The notes under the pieces: generated by a model
Seen by the model: the letters and a program-made list of their open reading frames with translations, nothing else
The model's database searches: none
What the model was told of the DNA's origin: nothing
Program-made: the position numbers and the translations under genes
Origin: the human T2T-CHM13v2.0 reference genome, Homo sapiens
NCBI RefSeq assembly: GCF_009914755.1
Contig: NC_060939.1
Direction: 5' to 3' (one strand)
Length of the DNA: 64,000 bases
In this document: one piece after another, positions 46,238-59,511 of the stretch
Position numbering within the stretch: position 1 is the stretch's first letter
How the letters are laid out: each line of letters starts with the position of its first letter

Positions 46238-46712
46238 CAGGTTGAGCATCCCTCATCTGAAAATTTAAAATCTGAAATGTTCCAAAATCTGAAACTTTTT
46301 TTCTTTTTGAGACAAGGTCTTGCTATGTTGCTCAAGCTGGTCTCGAACTCCTGGGCTGAAGCAACCCGCCCACCTCCCCACAGTGCTGGGATCATAGGCC
46401 TGAGCCACCGTGCCTGGCCCCAAAATCCGAAACTTTTTGAGTATGGACATGACACCTCAAGTAGAAAAAATTTACACTTGACCTCATGTGATGAATCACA
46501 CTAAAAATGCAGTCAGAATTTTGTTTCATGCACGAAATTATTTAAAATCATGTATAAAATTACCTTCAGCCTGTGTGTTATAAGGTGTATAAACATAAAT
46601 TTCATCTTTAAATTGGGTACTATCCTTAAGATGTCTTATTATGCACATACAAATATTCTGAAATTTGAAACAGTTCTGGTTCCAAGCATTTCAGATAAGA
46701 GATATCAATCTT
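46238..46712 (-). mobile_element. Tigger4b/MER46B-like DNA transposon with nested Alu monomer
   Basis: TA-caggttgagcatccct terminal repeat; ctggttccaagcatttcagataagagatatcaatc at the other end. Confidence 0.85.
46301..46419 (-). mobile_element. FLAM-type Alu monomer
   Basis: Left-arm monomer only; 19-bp TSD ccaaaatc(t/c)gaaacttttt at 46282-46300 and 46420-46438. Confidence 0.9.
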
Positions 46713-46744
46713 TATATAGAAAGTAAAGTTTCTGGGGTTTTTTT

Positions 46745-46930
46745 TTTCTTTTTTAAGGAAGTGGTTCATAAGATTGTGGGCTGGGTTGGCAGAATGGGCA
46801 GGCACGCTGAAAATTGGCACAAGTTGATGTTGCAGTCATGAGAAGGCCGAATTCTATTTTCTTCAGAGGACCTCAATCTTTTTTCTTATGCCTTTCAACT
46901 AATTGCGTGAGGTCACCCACATTATGGAGG
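46745..46930 (-). mobile_element. MLT2-like (ERVL) LTR fragment
   Basis: gcctttcaactaattgcgtgaggtcacccacattatggagg. Confidence 0.6.
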
Positions 46931-46934
46931 ATGC

Positions 46935-49145
46935 CTAACTGCCATATTAAAAGGACATTCAAGCAACACTGTGTAGATATTCATGTGGTGAGGAACTGAA
47001 GCGTTCAGACAATAGCCATATTAGTGAACCACCTTGGAAGCAGGTTATTCAGCTCCAAGCAAGCCTTAATAGATGACCAGTTGTGGCATGTTTTCATTGC
47101 AACCTTATGAGGAACCCTGAGCCAAAACCATCTAGTTAAGCTGCTCTTGAATTCCTGGTCAACAGGAATTGTGAAATAATAAATGTTTGTTATTTTAAGC
47201 CACTAAATTTGGGAATGATTTTTGACTAATGCAGATTCTGGAGACCTGAAAATGGAGTGCTGCTGTAACAAATACTAAAACATGGGAATGACTTTGGACT
47301 CAGGACTCAGACAGTAAATAAAAGCTGGAAGGTCTTTGAGGCGAGTTTTAGTGAAGTTCCGAAGAGACTTACTGGAAGCTTGAAGATCTTTGGATAGAGC
47401 GTCAGTGAGGGCTTAAATGAAAATGAAGAAAACCATATTGGAAAATGGAAGAAAGGGAATGTTTGTTTAGTGGCTGAAAGCTTAGCAACAATGTCATGGC
47501 AGTAATGTGGGAGGCAGAAAATGTACCTAATGTACTGAGTGGTTAAGCTAAGGAGTTTTCAAGCAAAAGGTTGAAGCTGTTTGCCTGATTTCTTCTTACT
47601 GCTTATGATAAACAGTAAATGAGAGAAGTAAGCTAAGGAAGGGCTCCTAAACAAAAAGAACCCAGGGCTTTGCTGGTTTTGAAAATTCTCAGTTTCTCAG
47701 TATGTCAAATGGCTAAGATTAAGAAATGGCTTCTAAGCAAAGATCAAATCCAGGGCCTTCTTAGAAAAGCATTGTCTAAGGATGTGAGTGTAAATTCCTT
47801 TGTTAAGACCTCAGGAGGATTTAAGATGAACCTCAGAGAAACTTTCGATTGAAGTAGTAGGTCCTATACGAAGTGTAAATGTATGTCACTTAGCAGAAGT
47901 TTAAGGTTGAGAAGAGTTTTTCTCATTTATGAGTGTGCTTTTTATCTAATGGAGTGGACCTCTACAAGATTCACAAAGTTTTTCAAAGCATTATATTGGC
48001 AGAAATACCACCTTTGATTGAAGAGGGGCCCTTTGGATCCCCAAAATTCCACTGGCAGGAAGCAAGTTGAAAACACTATGCAGATGCAAACTTGGCCTAC
48101 CTTTCAATGAAAATAGAAGGAAATTAGAAATTAGAACCAAGATCTCAGGCCAGAGCCACGAGTTATGAAAAATTATTCCCAGGTCCTAAGTTCCACTCTA
48201 GGAACTTCTAACATTGCCACCTTGATTTCAGAATTATGTGCACCAATAACTATGTTGTTCCTCTCATTTTTTCCACTTTTGAGCAAGAAGGTCACATGGC
48301 AGTTACCCTCTGCCTGTCCTACCATTGTCTTTTGGGTATGTGTTGGGCAGGTAATTTGTCTCTTAAGTTCCAGAAACGAGATTGAGAGAAGCAATATATA
48401 TTCAAGGAGCAGCATTTAAGGAACTACCTACACCCAGGAAATTTCATCTGTACCTGCACCTGTTTAGAAGACAACATCCTAGCTTTGAAGATGTTCCTGT
48501 AAAAAGATGAGACTTTTAGGGAGTCATGGGAGGGTAGAGTGTATTTTGAATATGAGAAAAATATAAATAATTGGTGTTCAAAGAGCAGTGAAGTATGGTC
48601 GTTTTAAAATACGGAAACATTATTTTATACTTCTCTCATCATTGGAGTCTAATTCCCCTCTTCCTGAGTGTAGGCTGTTCCTAGGGACTCACTTCTACCA
48701 CACGGAATGTGTTGAAAATGAAGTGTGACTTCTGAGGGTAGATCCTAAGAAAATTTCTGGATTCCATCTTGCTTTCTCTCTTGGATCACTCTGGGAGAAG
48801 CCAGCCACTATACGTGAAGACACTGGAGGAGAGATGTATGAAGAGATCCATGTGAGGAATTGAGGTCATCTGCCAACAACCAGCAAGGAACTGGAGCCTT
48901 CTAGCAACAACCACATGAAGTGAACCATCCTGAAAGCAAGTCCTCCAGCCACAAACAAGCCTTCAGATAATTACAGCCACTGCTAATATCCTGACTAGAA
49001 CTTCATGGGGACTATGAGCCAGAATCACCCAGCTAAATTGGTCCCACATTTCTGACTTACAGAAACTATGAGATAATAAATGTTTGTGTTTGAAGCTGCT
49101 AAGTTTTGTGGTAATTTTTAATGCATCTATAGGTAAAGAATGCAC
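46935..49145 (+). mobile_element. MLT1F-like MaLR element: partial 5' LTR (about 46935-47233), internal region, 3' LTR (about 48594-49145)
   Basis: Both LTR copies share gtgaacca.c.tg.aagca, tgagcca.aa.ca.c.ag.taa and ataataaatgtttg; internal region begins gattctgg...gagtgctgctgtaacaaatac. Confidence 0.75.
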
Positions 49146-49938
49146 AAGCAGTAAGGGAAGTTTAACTTTTTCTTAAGACGATTAGAATGATAGCTAATTT
49201 TTTCAGAGTTACAACTGCAAAAGAAAACTCTTAAATTTACCTTAGTACCATTTATTTCATTCATGATGTTCTAAAGGTTTAGAAGGTCATTCTTCTTTTG
49301 GAATGTATGGGAAGTTGCAGTGTGTTCTGATTTATCTAGCTACTTTATTAGGAATAAAATAGATCATGTTAAGTTTCATAATTCATCTTATGGGCTTGGC
49401 ATAAATGTTTTGAATACAGATTATGGTTTAAGGTGGTGTTTATATCGGGTTTACTTCATTGGCAATTGTTTGCAAAGACAACTAATATAGTTTAAAAGAA
49501 TAATGCATTATCTAATTTTTTAACAGTAAAAGTAATGATAATGTTATATTTAAATAAATGTTTTGAAGGCATTAAATGTCAAGAGTGGAAATCCTCTCCC
49601 TTTTGGATGTTCATTAATTAATTCAACAAATATTTGAGTACCTATTTCTGCACCAATAACTGCTAGACATTTTCTTCATAAGCTATTGGACAACTTTCTG
49701 CTTTCAACAATTAATGTCTTCATCAATTATCATAAGTCAACAAAGAAATTTACCTTTCTATTTCATATCTGTCTTTGGAGGGTTTTATAACAGATCATCA
49801 TTTGAATTTAAAATCCTATCTTTCTTATCTTTTATTCCTGATGTGTAGTATAGTGCTAATCACATACATAGTTGGCACTCAAAAGTTTTGAGGAAAAGTC
49901 TTAAAAGTTAAGATTTTTAAAAACCTAACCAATATTAA

Positions 49939-50305
<367 letters not shown>

Positions 50306-52807
50306 TAGGTTTTTCTTGTTGTTGTTGTTTAATGCTAGCTTATGCTTGTTTTAAGATCATTTTAAGTGCTGACAGAGTTGTCACAACATTTACAGCTCTT
50401 ATTGTTCAGATATGCTGGATTGAGAACAAAACCCACAAAACTTACCTCACAACAGGCTTGAGGTTGAAAGAGGAAAAGATCTTAGATATCATGTTTTTGG
50501 GCAGAAGAAAGATGAGATCTGATTGATATGAAGTAAAACATTGTCATGTTTTCTCATTTGGCCATTGAGAAGTACGTGACTAAGTTAATCTTCTTTAGAA
50601 GTAAGTAATGTCATTTCTGGGCCAAAATGATTAGAAGGCTATGATTTATGTTTGTCTAATTTTGCTTTAGGCAAGGGATATGAATTGTTCATGTAATGAT
50701 TTTCAAAGGTGGTAATATTTTAATAAGGCTCTATATCTGAAAACTAAGTTAGTGGATTGGCTTTATTTAGGTAGTACAGAGTATTTAATGATACTGCAAG
50801 CTATCACAATCCTTTAGTAAGTGCTGCCTTAACAGTTTTCAGAAAGCCCTGTTGTATCTTAGGTTGAGTTTTATTTATTGCCCAATAAGAGAGCAAAAAA
50901 ATTCTCTGTATAACTTTTTGCATAATGTTATTTAAAATTTTATTGACTCTTAGACTAATATGTGCATATTTCGAAAATTACAAAGACAAAATTAGGAATC
51001 ATTCATTCCTACCCCAAAATAATTACTGTTTATATTTGAATATTTCTGCTTAGGTTTTTCTTTCTTCTGGCATCTTGTATACAAATGTATACTTCCTTTT
51101 AAAAGCACCATTGGGATCATACTTCTAAAATGCAGTTAGCTTAAAATCTCTTGGCCATTTTCATTGTGTCAGTCTAACTTCAGAGTCTTTGATCTTAGCT
51201 ATTACATTATGTAGCTATACTACAATTTAATCATTCACGTCATTGAATATTTCCCACAGCATTTTGCATACATTTTAATTTGTATCTTTGAGTGTGACCT
51301 TAAGATAAAAATCCTAGAAATATACTTATCATTTAAAGGGTTGAAGATTTATGTGTTAGCAGGATGTGTGTAACTACTGCTTATTAACTCAAAAGTAGAT
51401 CTACAGACAGTAAACAATCTCTGCAAACCTAATACCACATTAAGCCAAACTAACTCTTCATTAGAAACGTAGTTTAGTTCTTCTGTTGAATAAGCCAGGT
51501 TAGAGGACTTGTTTTCCTTTACCACTATTGCCAGACATTGTGTCTTGCTGCATTTTTTATATTCCTTCTATATTATTTCATCACAGATCACTGTGTTCAG
51601 GTTGCTTAAAGAAAATGCTATATGCTGTTAATGTTTCCAGTCAAAGCTCATAGACAAATAGAAAACTAAAAATTCAGGGGCTGGTTTATTCTTACCCTTA
51701 AGCTAATCAAACTAAAGAAAGCTAATGAACAGAATAGGAGACAGTTGTGGCCAAATTTAAAATGAATTGCAACTGGAAACACTACACCACATGTTAATAA
51801 TGGTTTTGTTGGGCTTGTGGAATTAGAGTAATTTTTTTCCTTTTTTTCTATGGTTCCTAAGCTAGCATAATTTGAGCATATAATTTTAAATACCTAAAGA
51901 ATTGCTTTGGTAGCATGTTTAACACATGTAATGCCAAGATATAAGGGCTCTTTACCAAAGAAAATTTTAAACCACTTCTGTCATTTAATAAACCAATGAT
52001 ATAATTATTTAAAAACTTATTTTAGTAGTATATGAGCCAGCCACACATTTTGCAAACCTGTAATTTGTGATTTACAATTACAAGAATGATGTTCTTGAGC
52101 AGTATGTCGACTGTGATATCCCTTTTTTTCTGCATTTGACTTATTTATTGGGAATCATACATTAACAAGGGTTTGCAAAACAGTACTAAATTTTCTCTAA
52201 GAACTAGTACCAGCAGAAGGGGTGCAAAGGGAGGAGAGAAGCAAAATCTTTTTTTGTTTTTTCTGCAGCTGTCATCTGGCCTTATGTTCTGATCAAGAGC
52301 TACAGCTGGAATTATTTTATTGCTTTACTCTGTATCCTTTTGCCTCCACACACAAAATTGCTATAGAAGTCTTTGAAAAATAAAAAGCTAGGCACTTATC
52401 AACCATAAGAGAATAATTCTTACACCAGCAGCTGAGAGTAAAACAAATTTTCATTAACTATTGGCATGGGTTACTTTGTAGACAATACACATTAGCCTGT
52501 GCCAGCATACAATACTAAAAGCACTGAAAGTGAGTATATATAAATGCTATAGATGTAATTTTTTTTAAGCTAGAGGTCATGCCAGTGTATTTACAGTCTT
52601 TGTGCCTATCATATATTAAACTTTTTGCTCTTGTGGAAGATTTTTGGCATTTCTCACCACCTAATTTTATGTTATGTTCATGTTTCCATAGTAATTGTCA
52701 CTTTTCAGGGGTTATAACCCAGTTAAAAAAAAAATAGAAGTTTGTCTAAGTCTGAACACTTTATGCTCAATCATATCCAAATTAAGAAAGTGTTTTGGTT
52801 ATTAGTA

Positions 52808-52990
52808 CAGGTTGAGCATCCCTAATCCACAATTCAGAATGTTCCAAAATTCAGATTTTCTTAAGCACTGACATGTGGCTCAAAAGAATGCTCAGATTTT
52901 GAATTTTTTTTACTAGGGTAGGTATATTGTATTATATTATATTATATCATACGCATTTATACTTAGGTTGAACATCCCTAATATAAAAAT
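52808..52990 (-). mobile_element. Tigger4a/MER46A-like fragment, rearranged
   Basis: TA-caggttgagcatccctaatcc; second ggttgaacatccctaat at about 52966. Confidence 0.7.
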
Positions 52991-53572
52991 TAGGTAAGCA
53001 GTAAGGCCCAGTGTGGGCAGAGATGTAAGGAAATGTATCCTCTGTCTTAAACAATTAAGGGGTTTTCAGTTGATAACATAAGTTTGCCAAAGGGTAGCTT
53101 GGTAATATAATTGAATATGTGTATATACTTTATTCAACAATTCCATTTATAGGAACTAATAATAAATAATACAAGTACACCAAGATATATGTAAAAAGAA
53201 GTACATTACAATGCATATAACAAAATTTTGGAAACCTAAATGCCCATAATCAGAGTATTAGCTAAGTAATATATGACATATGCAATACTGGACTTCTTTG
53301 CAGCAGTTGCAAAGTGTAACTTGTATACTGGTATGGGGAAAGGTCCATGGAATGTTAAGGAGTGAAGAAAAAGAGCACTGTGTGGATAGACTGCAATATA
53401 AATGGGATCAAATTATACATAGCATGTAAACACATGTGCATGCATTAGGAAGTTTAGGAAGATATATGTCAAATAGTAATAGTGGCTATTCCATGGGGGT
53501 AGGATTATGGAAATAATTTTTATTGTTTTTATAACTTGAACTTTGAATAACAGTTATTGAAAGATATTTTTT

Positions 53573-53851
53573 GCCAGGTGTGATAGCTCATGCCTGTAAT
53601 CCCAGCAGTTTGGGAGGATGAGACGGAAAGACTGCTTGAGCCTAGGAGTTCAAAACCAGCCTGAGCAACATAGTAAGACTCTGTCTCTACCAAAAGCAAA
53701 AAATTAGCCAGGCATGATGGAGTCCACCTGTAGTCCCAGCTACTCAGGAGGCTGAGGTGAGAGGATCATTTGAGCCTAGAAGGTCAAGGTTACAGTGAGC
53801 TGTGATCGTGCCACTGCATTCCACCCTGGGCAACAGAGCAAGACCTTGTCT
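53573..53851 (+). mobile_element. AluJ SINE without poly-A tail
   Basis: gcttgagcctaggagttcaaaaccagcc...gagcaagaccttgtct followed by agctaactagctag. Confidence 0.92.
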
Positions 53852-54061
53852 AGCTAACTAGCTAGAGTGTTTAGATTTATTATGGCTTAAGGAGCTCTCT
53901 CTATACACTTTTTTTCTAATGTATCACATTTACTCCTGAGGTATCAATGTGATCTGATTATTGGATATTTGCATGTCACAGATTATAGAATTTTCAGTGT
54001 GTGCCAGGCATATAGTTCTATGCTCCAGGGATAAAACTTAGGCAGAGCCCTCCTTACAGGT

Positions 54062-54403
54062 TGTCCTAGTTCATTCTAGCTGCTACAGCAAAATGCCGTG
54101 ACTGGGTAGCTTATAAACAAAAGTAATTTGTCACCATTCTTGAGTCTCAGAAGTCCACTCAAGGCACAGACTGTGCCTGGTGAGGGCCCACTTTCAGGTT
54201 CATAAGTGATACTTGGCTATATCCTCACATGGTGGAAAGAACAGGACAGCACTCTGGAGTCTCTTTTATCAGGGCACTAATCACATTCATGAGGGCTCTA
54301 CCTTCCTAATTGAATCATAGCCCCACCTCCTAATACTATCATATTGGTAATTAGACTTCCACATATGAATTTTGTGGGGGACACAAACATTCGGAGTATA
54401 GCA
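54062..54403 (-). mobile_element. MLT1A-like MaLR solo LTR
   Basis: gactgggtagcttataaacaa...gggcactaatcacattcatgagggctc...acatatgaattttgtgggggacacaaacattc; TSD caggt / ctggt. Confidence 0.88.
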
Positions 54404-54849
54404 CTGGTTCACAGGAAAAACGTAAGGAAAAGAGTACTCAGAATATAGGGTGATAGATACATATAATTTTAAGGTAATTCAAAGGAGGGAGTGATTAACT
54501 TGTGACTGAATCAACAAAGACTTTTTGATGAGTTTGTAGCTGAGGTTAAGCATAAAACAGTTTTTTAGTGGAAAATTTGAAGCATGTCATTGTTGGGCAG
54601 AGGAATTGACATGTACCAGAAAATCAGAAGTATGAAACATCAGATGCTAACAGAAAGAGACAGGTACATCAATATTTGTAAAGCAAAGAAATGAGGATGA
54701 AAATCAGTAGGAACAAGCCATATTAAGAAAGTATATTGACTATTTTAAAGTAACAGACTGTGTGTTCATTTATTCTTTTGTTCATTCTTGGAGTTTCTTA
54801 TTCACATAAGGAAAGCCACTATATAATTTTTAATAAGATGGATCCATTA

Positions 54850-55740
54850 TAATAGAAATTAAATAGCAGAAATACATATAAGAGTGAACAGTGTGACAGT
54901 ACCTAGTCTTGGTAAGAATATGGAGCACCGATTGTGAATACATGAATTGTTCAAACCACCTCAAAAATCATTTTCATTATGAGAACTGGAACATATGTAT
55001 ATCCTGTGACCCAGTATTTCTATTCTTTGTCTTCTAGAGAAACTTTTTGTCATATATACCATAAGGCCTATACACTATTATTCCTAGCAACATTTATTGA
55101 AATAGCAAAAAATTAGAACTGCCCAAACATCCATAGACAGAGAATAGATTAATAAATTGTAGTGTTCTTATCCAGACTCTGCCGCCTAGTAACATTTATT
55201 TTAGGCAAGTTGCTTAATCCCTTTGAATTTTAGTCTCTTCATACGGAGTAGGTTGATAATACTATGTACCTCAAAGGATTATTGTGAAGATTGAGTTAAC
55301 CCATGTAAAGTAGTTGAGACTGTCTGATACACAGAAAATGCTCAATATATTTTAGCTATCATTGGTACACAGAGGTCAAAATGACTGATTATTGCTACAC
55401 ATGTCAAGGTGAATGAATTTCACTGAAAAAAAATTGAGCAAAAAATTTCAGAATGTCCCATGATATCAGTCAGTTCAAAAGCATCTATAACTAAATATTG
55501 TTCAGGGATATTTGTGTAGTAAAACTGTAAAGAAGATAAGAAAATGAAAAAAAATATGACTTCAAGATAGGGTTTATCTGCTGAGGGTCCAAGTGGTAGA
55601 GGTGGGGGGTGCTAATACAGAGAAACACAGAGGAGTAATTAGTTGTATTGGTTATGTTCACTTTCCTTAAGTTGGGTGACAAATGTACACGTTCTATTAT
55701 TCTTTGTATGATTATGTGTATAGTCCTTTATACATATAAA
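54850..55740 (+). mobile_element. Old L1M fragment with an inserted MIR (about 55170-55360)
   Basis: atatcctgtgacccagtatttctattc...aatagcaaaaaattagaac; MIR ttaggcaagttgcttaatccc...acctcaaaggattattgtgaagattga. Confidence 0.6.
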
Positions 55741-56942
55741 ATAACTCCTTGGAGAGAGAACCCATGAATCCCCTGGTTCTAGCCTCAACTCCACAGAACT
55801 ATATTGATAGTTTCTGGTATTTTAAAAGTAAAAATATGAATCCATCAATTCATCCTTCTATCAGTTAGACAAATGGGATCATGCCATGTTGACTGTTCTG
55901 TACCTAGCTTTTTTCATTTAACAATACCTTGGGAATACTGAAAATATCATTTTAATAGCTGCACAGAATTCTGTCATATATCATAATTTTTGACCAGTTC
56001 CCTGCTGGTAGAGCCATAAGATATTTTGATTCTTGTTTTCTTTGATATTTTGATTCTTGTTTTCTTTATTTTTGTTAAAAAATAGTGCTACTGTGATTGT
56101 GTATGTGTGTGTGTGTATCTGTATATACAGTCAATCTCTCAAAGTAGAAATGCTGGGTCAAAAAGTACGGATTTTTTTTTTTCCAGTGCCATTATCAAAT
56201 TGCACTCTCACCAACAGCGCAAAAAAGTATTTCTATTTCTCCAAACCCTTGCCAACATTGAGTATTACTACCTATTTTTTACATCTTTCCTAGTTAGTAT
56301 ATAAAAATGGCATTATACTTTCATGTGTCTTTAATTGAATGGTCAGTATGTTTTTATATACTTACATTCCATTTCTTTTTCATAGGAAAATAAAATTGGG
56401 CTTTATCTTGTGAGTCTCATGTTTCCCAGGAAGAGAGGGCTCATTTCTATGTACTGTGTAAATTATGTACCTTGCAAAAGAGTTCCTTAGCTAATACTTA
56501 TTCTCCTCCCTGTTCTCTCCAGTATGTGCCCAGTCTTCCAACAAAGCTTTGGTAATTGGAAACCTTAAGGGGTTTTGAACAGAAAAACCAATTAGATTTG
56601 CCTGAAGAATAATGGGACAAAGGCTGGAAACAAGGAAATCAGTTAGAAACCTACTGAAATAAGACAGGCAAAAAAAGATAATGAGGGCTTTGCACTAAGA
56701 CAGTGAATAGTAGGTATTGAGAAGAGGAAATGGATGTGAAAGATACTCAGAAGATTACCTTGTTTAGAAAATTATTTTATTGACATAAAGACATATTCTG
56801 CATGAATTCAGAAGGATTTGGGCAAAGGTATAGTATGTCTCTCAGTTAATTATTTCAGATGAAGAGGGAAAATGTATTTAAGCTAAAAAATGATTTCATT
56901 GTTACAGTATATTTGTATTATATTTTTAAATATTATGATTTA

Positions 56943-57050
56943 TCAGGCACAATGGCCTATACCCGTCTGTAGTATCAGCTACTATTTTGAGGCCAGGAGT
57001 TTGAGGCCATCCTGGACAACATAGTAAGACCCTGTCTCTTGAAAAAGAAA
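56943..57050 (+). mobile_element. FLAM-type Alu monomer
   Basis: tgaggccaggagtttgaggccatcctggacaacatagtaagaccctgtctc. Confidence 0.8.
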
Positions 57051-57533
57051 GGCAAAACAGGAATAGAATTGATGCTAAACCTGCCTCATTCTAGCAATAA
57101 TATTCATAAACATGTTAATTGAAAAAAAGATCAGTCTCATTGAGTTACACCTCTAATAAAGTTTAAAATAATAAAAATTTAAAATATAAAATGATTCTAT
57201 ATCAAAAGGGAGAAAGTATGCAGTACCTTGATTTTAAAATTATGTAAAAGCAGGCTTACAAAATTGGAAAATTAATCATACCACCAAGGAGTATTAGCCT
57301 TCATTTTATTTCCAACTTTTTATCTTTTTATGGCTATGATAATACTGTAAATAAAATTTTATGTACTGACTTTTTAACACTAAACATTTCCTACATTGTA
57401 TATTATATTATTCCCAAACCTGATTTCAAATGACAACACCGTATTTCACTTTATGGGCATATCATAATTTACTTCACCTTTCCCTTATTATGCCATGTTC
57501 AAGTTGTTTCTTTTTACTATTTAAAATAGTTCT

Positions 57534-57660
57534 CTACCTAAAGGAAAAGAAGTCATACGAAAAAGTTTCTTGCATATGCATGCTTAGAGCACTATAATTT
57601 GCAATTACAAAAATATGGAACCAGCCCAAATGCCCATCAATCAATGAGTGGATAAAGAAA

Positions 57661-57706
<46 letters not shown>

Positions 57707-58245
57707 GTGTGTATATATATAATATTATATATGTTATATATATAATATTTTATATATATGTTATATATATTATTTGAGTCATTTTCAGAAATCTCTGGAA
57801 CAAATACATTTCCTGAAGTTTTCTACTCTTCCCAATTTTGATTATATATATACACACACACACACTATGGAATACTACTCAACCATAAAAAGGAAAGAAA
57901 TAATGGCATTTGCAGCAACCTGGATGGAATTGGAAACTATTCTAAGTGAAGCAACTCAGGAATGGAAAACCAAACATCATAGGTTCTCACTCGTTCTCAC
58001 TCATAAGTGGGAGCTAAGCTATGAGGTCACAAAGGCATAAGAATGATATGTTGGACTTTAGGGACTCGGAAAAGGGTGGGGGTGGTGAGGGATAAAAGAC
58101 TACACATTGGGTACAGTGTACACTGTTTGGGTGATGGGTGCACCACAATCTCAGAAATCACCACTAAAGAACTTACTCATGTGACCAAACCACCTGTTCC
58201 CCAAAAAAACTAGTGAAATAAAAAACTTTAAAACAACAACAAATA
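57534..58245 (+). mobile_element. L1PB-like 3' end containing a compound microsatellite and a foreign 77-bp insert
   Basis: aaaaatatggaaccagcccaaatgcccatcaatcaatgagtggataaagaaaatgtg...atggaatactactc...ctacacattgggtacagtgtacactg...ctcagaaatcaccactaaagaactt. Confidence 0.9.
57662..57864. repeat. Compound (TG)n-(TA)n...(TA)n-(CA)n microsatellite
   Basis: Direct reading; interrupted by 57769-57845. Confidence 0.95.
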
Positions 58246-59197
58246 ATAATTCTGAGAAAAATACTTTGTGCCTAAAGCTTTTTCCATTTTAGTCCTCTTT
58301 TTTTCTTTGCTAGATTCAAGAAGTGGTCAAAATGTGTGAATGTTTTAAAAGCTTTTGGTACATTTTATTAAATGCTTTTTTATTGCATTATTATTAAAAT
58401 TGCTTTCCAGAAAGAGTTGTTCCAGATTTTATTTTACTTCTGTGTGTGTAGAATTAGCAATGAGTATGCCTGTTTTCCTTATCACCACTTTTTAAAAAAC
58501 CTGTAAATTTAATATGCATTTAAGCATTTAACTTGCTGAAAGAGTTAATTAGGTAGTAGGAAGATACTTTTTTCTAGTTTAGGATTCTCTATAATGTTAA
58601 TTTGATTCTTACAATTCATGAATAATATATACTTCATTGTAGATTGTATACTTTGCATTTTCAAACAGTCTTTTGTTTGCCATATCAGACACTTGAATGA
58701 TGCTTTGGTTATTTTATTCACTGAGACCCGTTTAGGTGTGTAGCTATAAATTCACTGTGCGATATGAACTATTCCTAGTTAATAGGTTAATTCCAGCTAT
58801 ATTGGTAAACATTTAAAAATCATTTGTTACTTAAATATTACACACAATTTAATAATGAAGCAATAAACACTTGTGATATTTTCTTTAAAAAAGTATTATA
58901 TTTAAAGTAAAATGTGTTAATGTTTAATTTACAGGATATAAATAGAATAACCCAACTCAGTACAGCAAGACACTAAGTTTGTTCATATGCAGATATTTTT
59001 AAAGTCAGCTTTATTTTAATTTATAATTTTAATATAACTTCTCAGTTATTATAATTTAGTAAAAGATAATTCAAAAAAGTCACAATTAAAAGCAATATCT
59101 TATAATTACCACTGATACTACTCCTAAAACTTATGATTGTTTATAGTTTTCAGTCTCCTGAGTATCCCAACCCTGAGATTATTGAGGCAGATATTCA

Positions 59198-59511
<314 letters not shown>

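Noticed and set aside
57774-58040. 88-aa ORF starting in the templated insert
   Set aside because: Chance fusion of the insert with the L1 ORF2 C-terminus and 3' UTR (MEYYSTIK...); non-ATG start and no promoter or splice support
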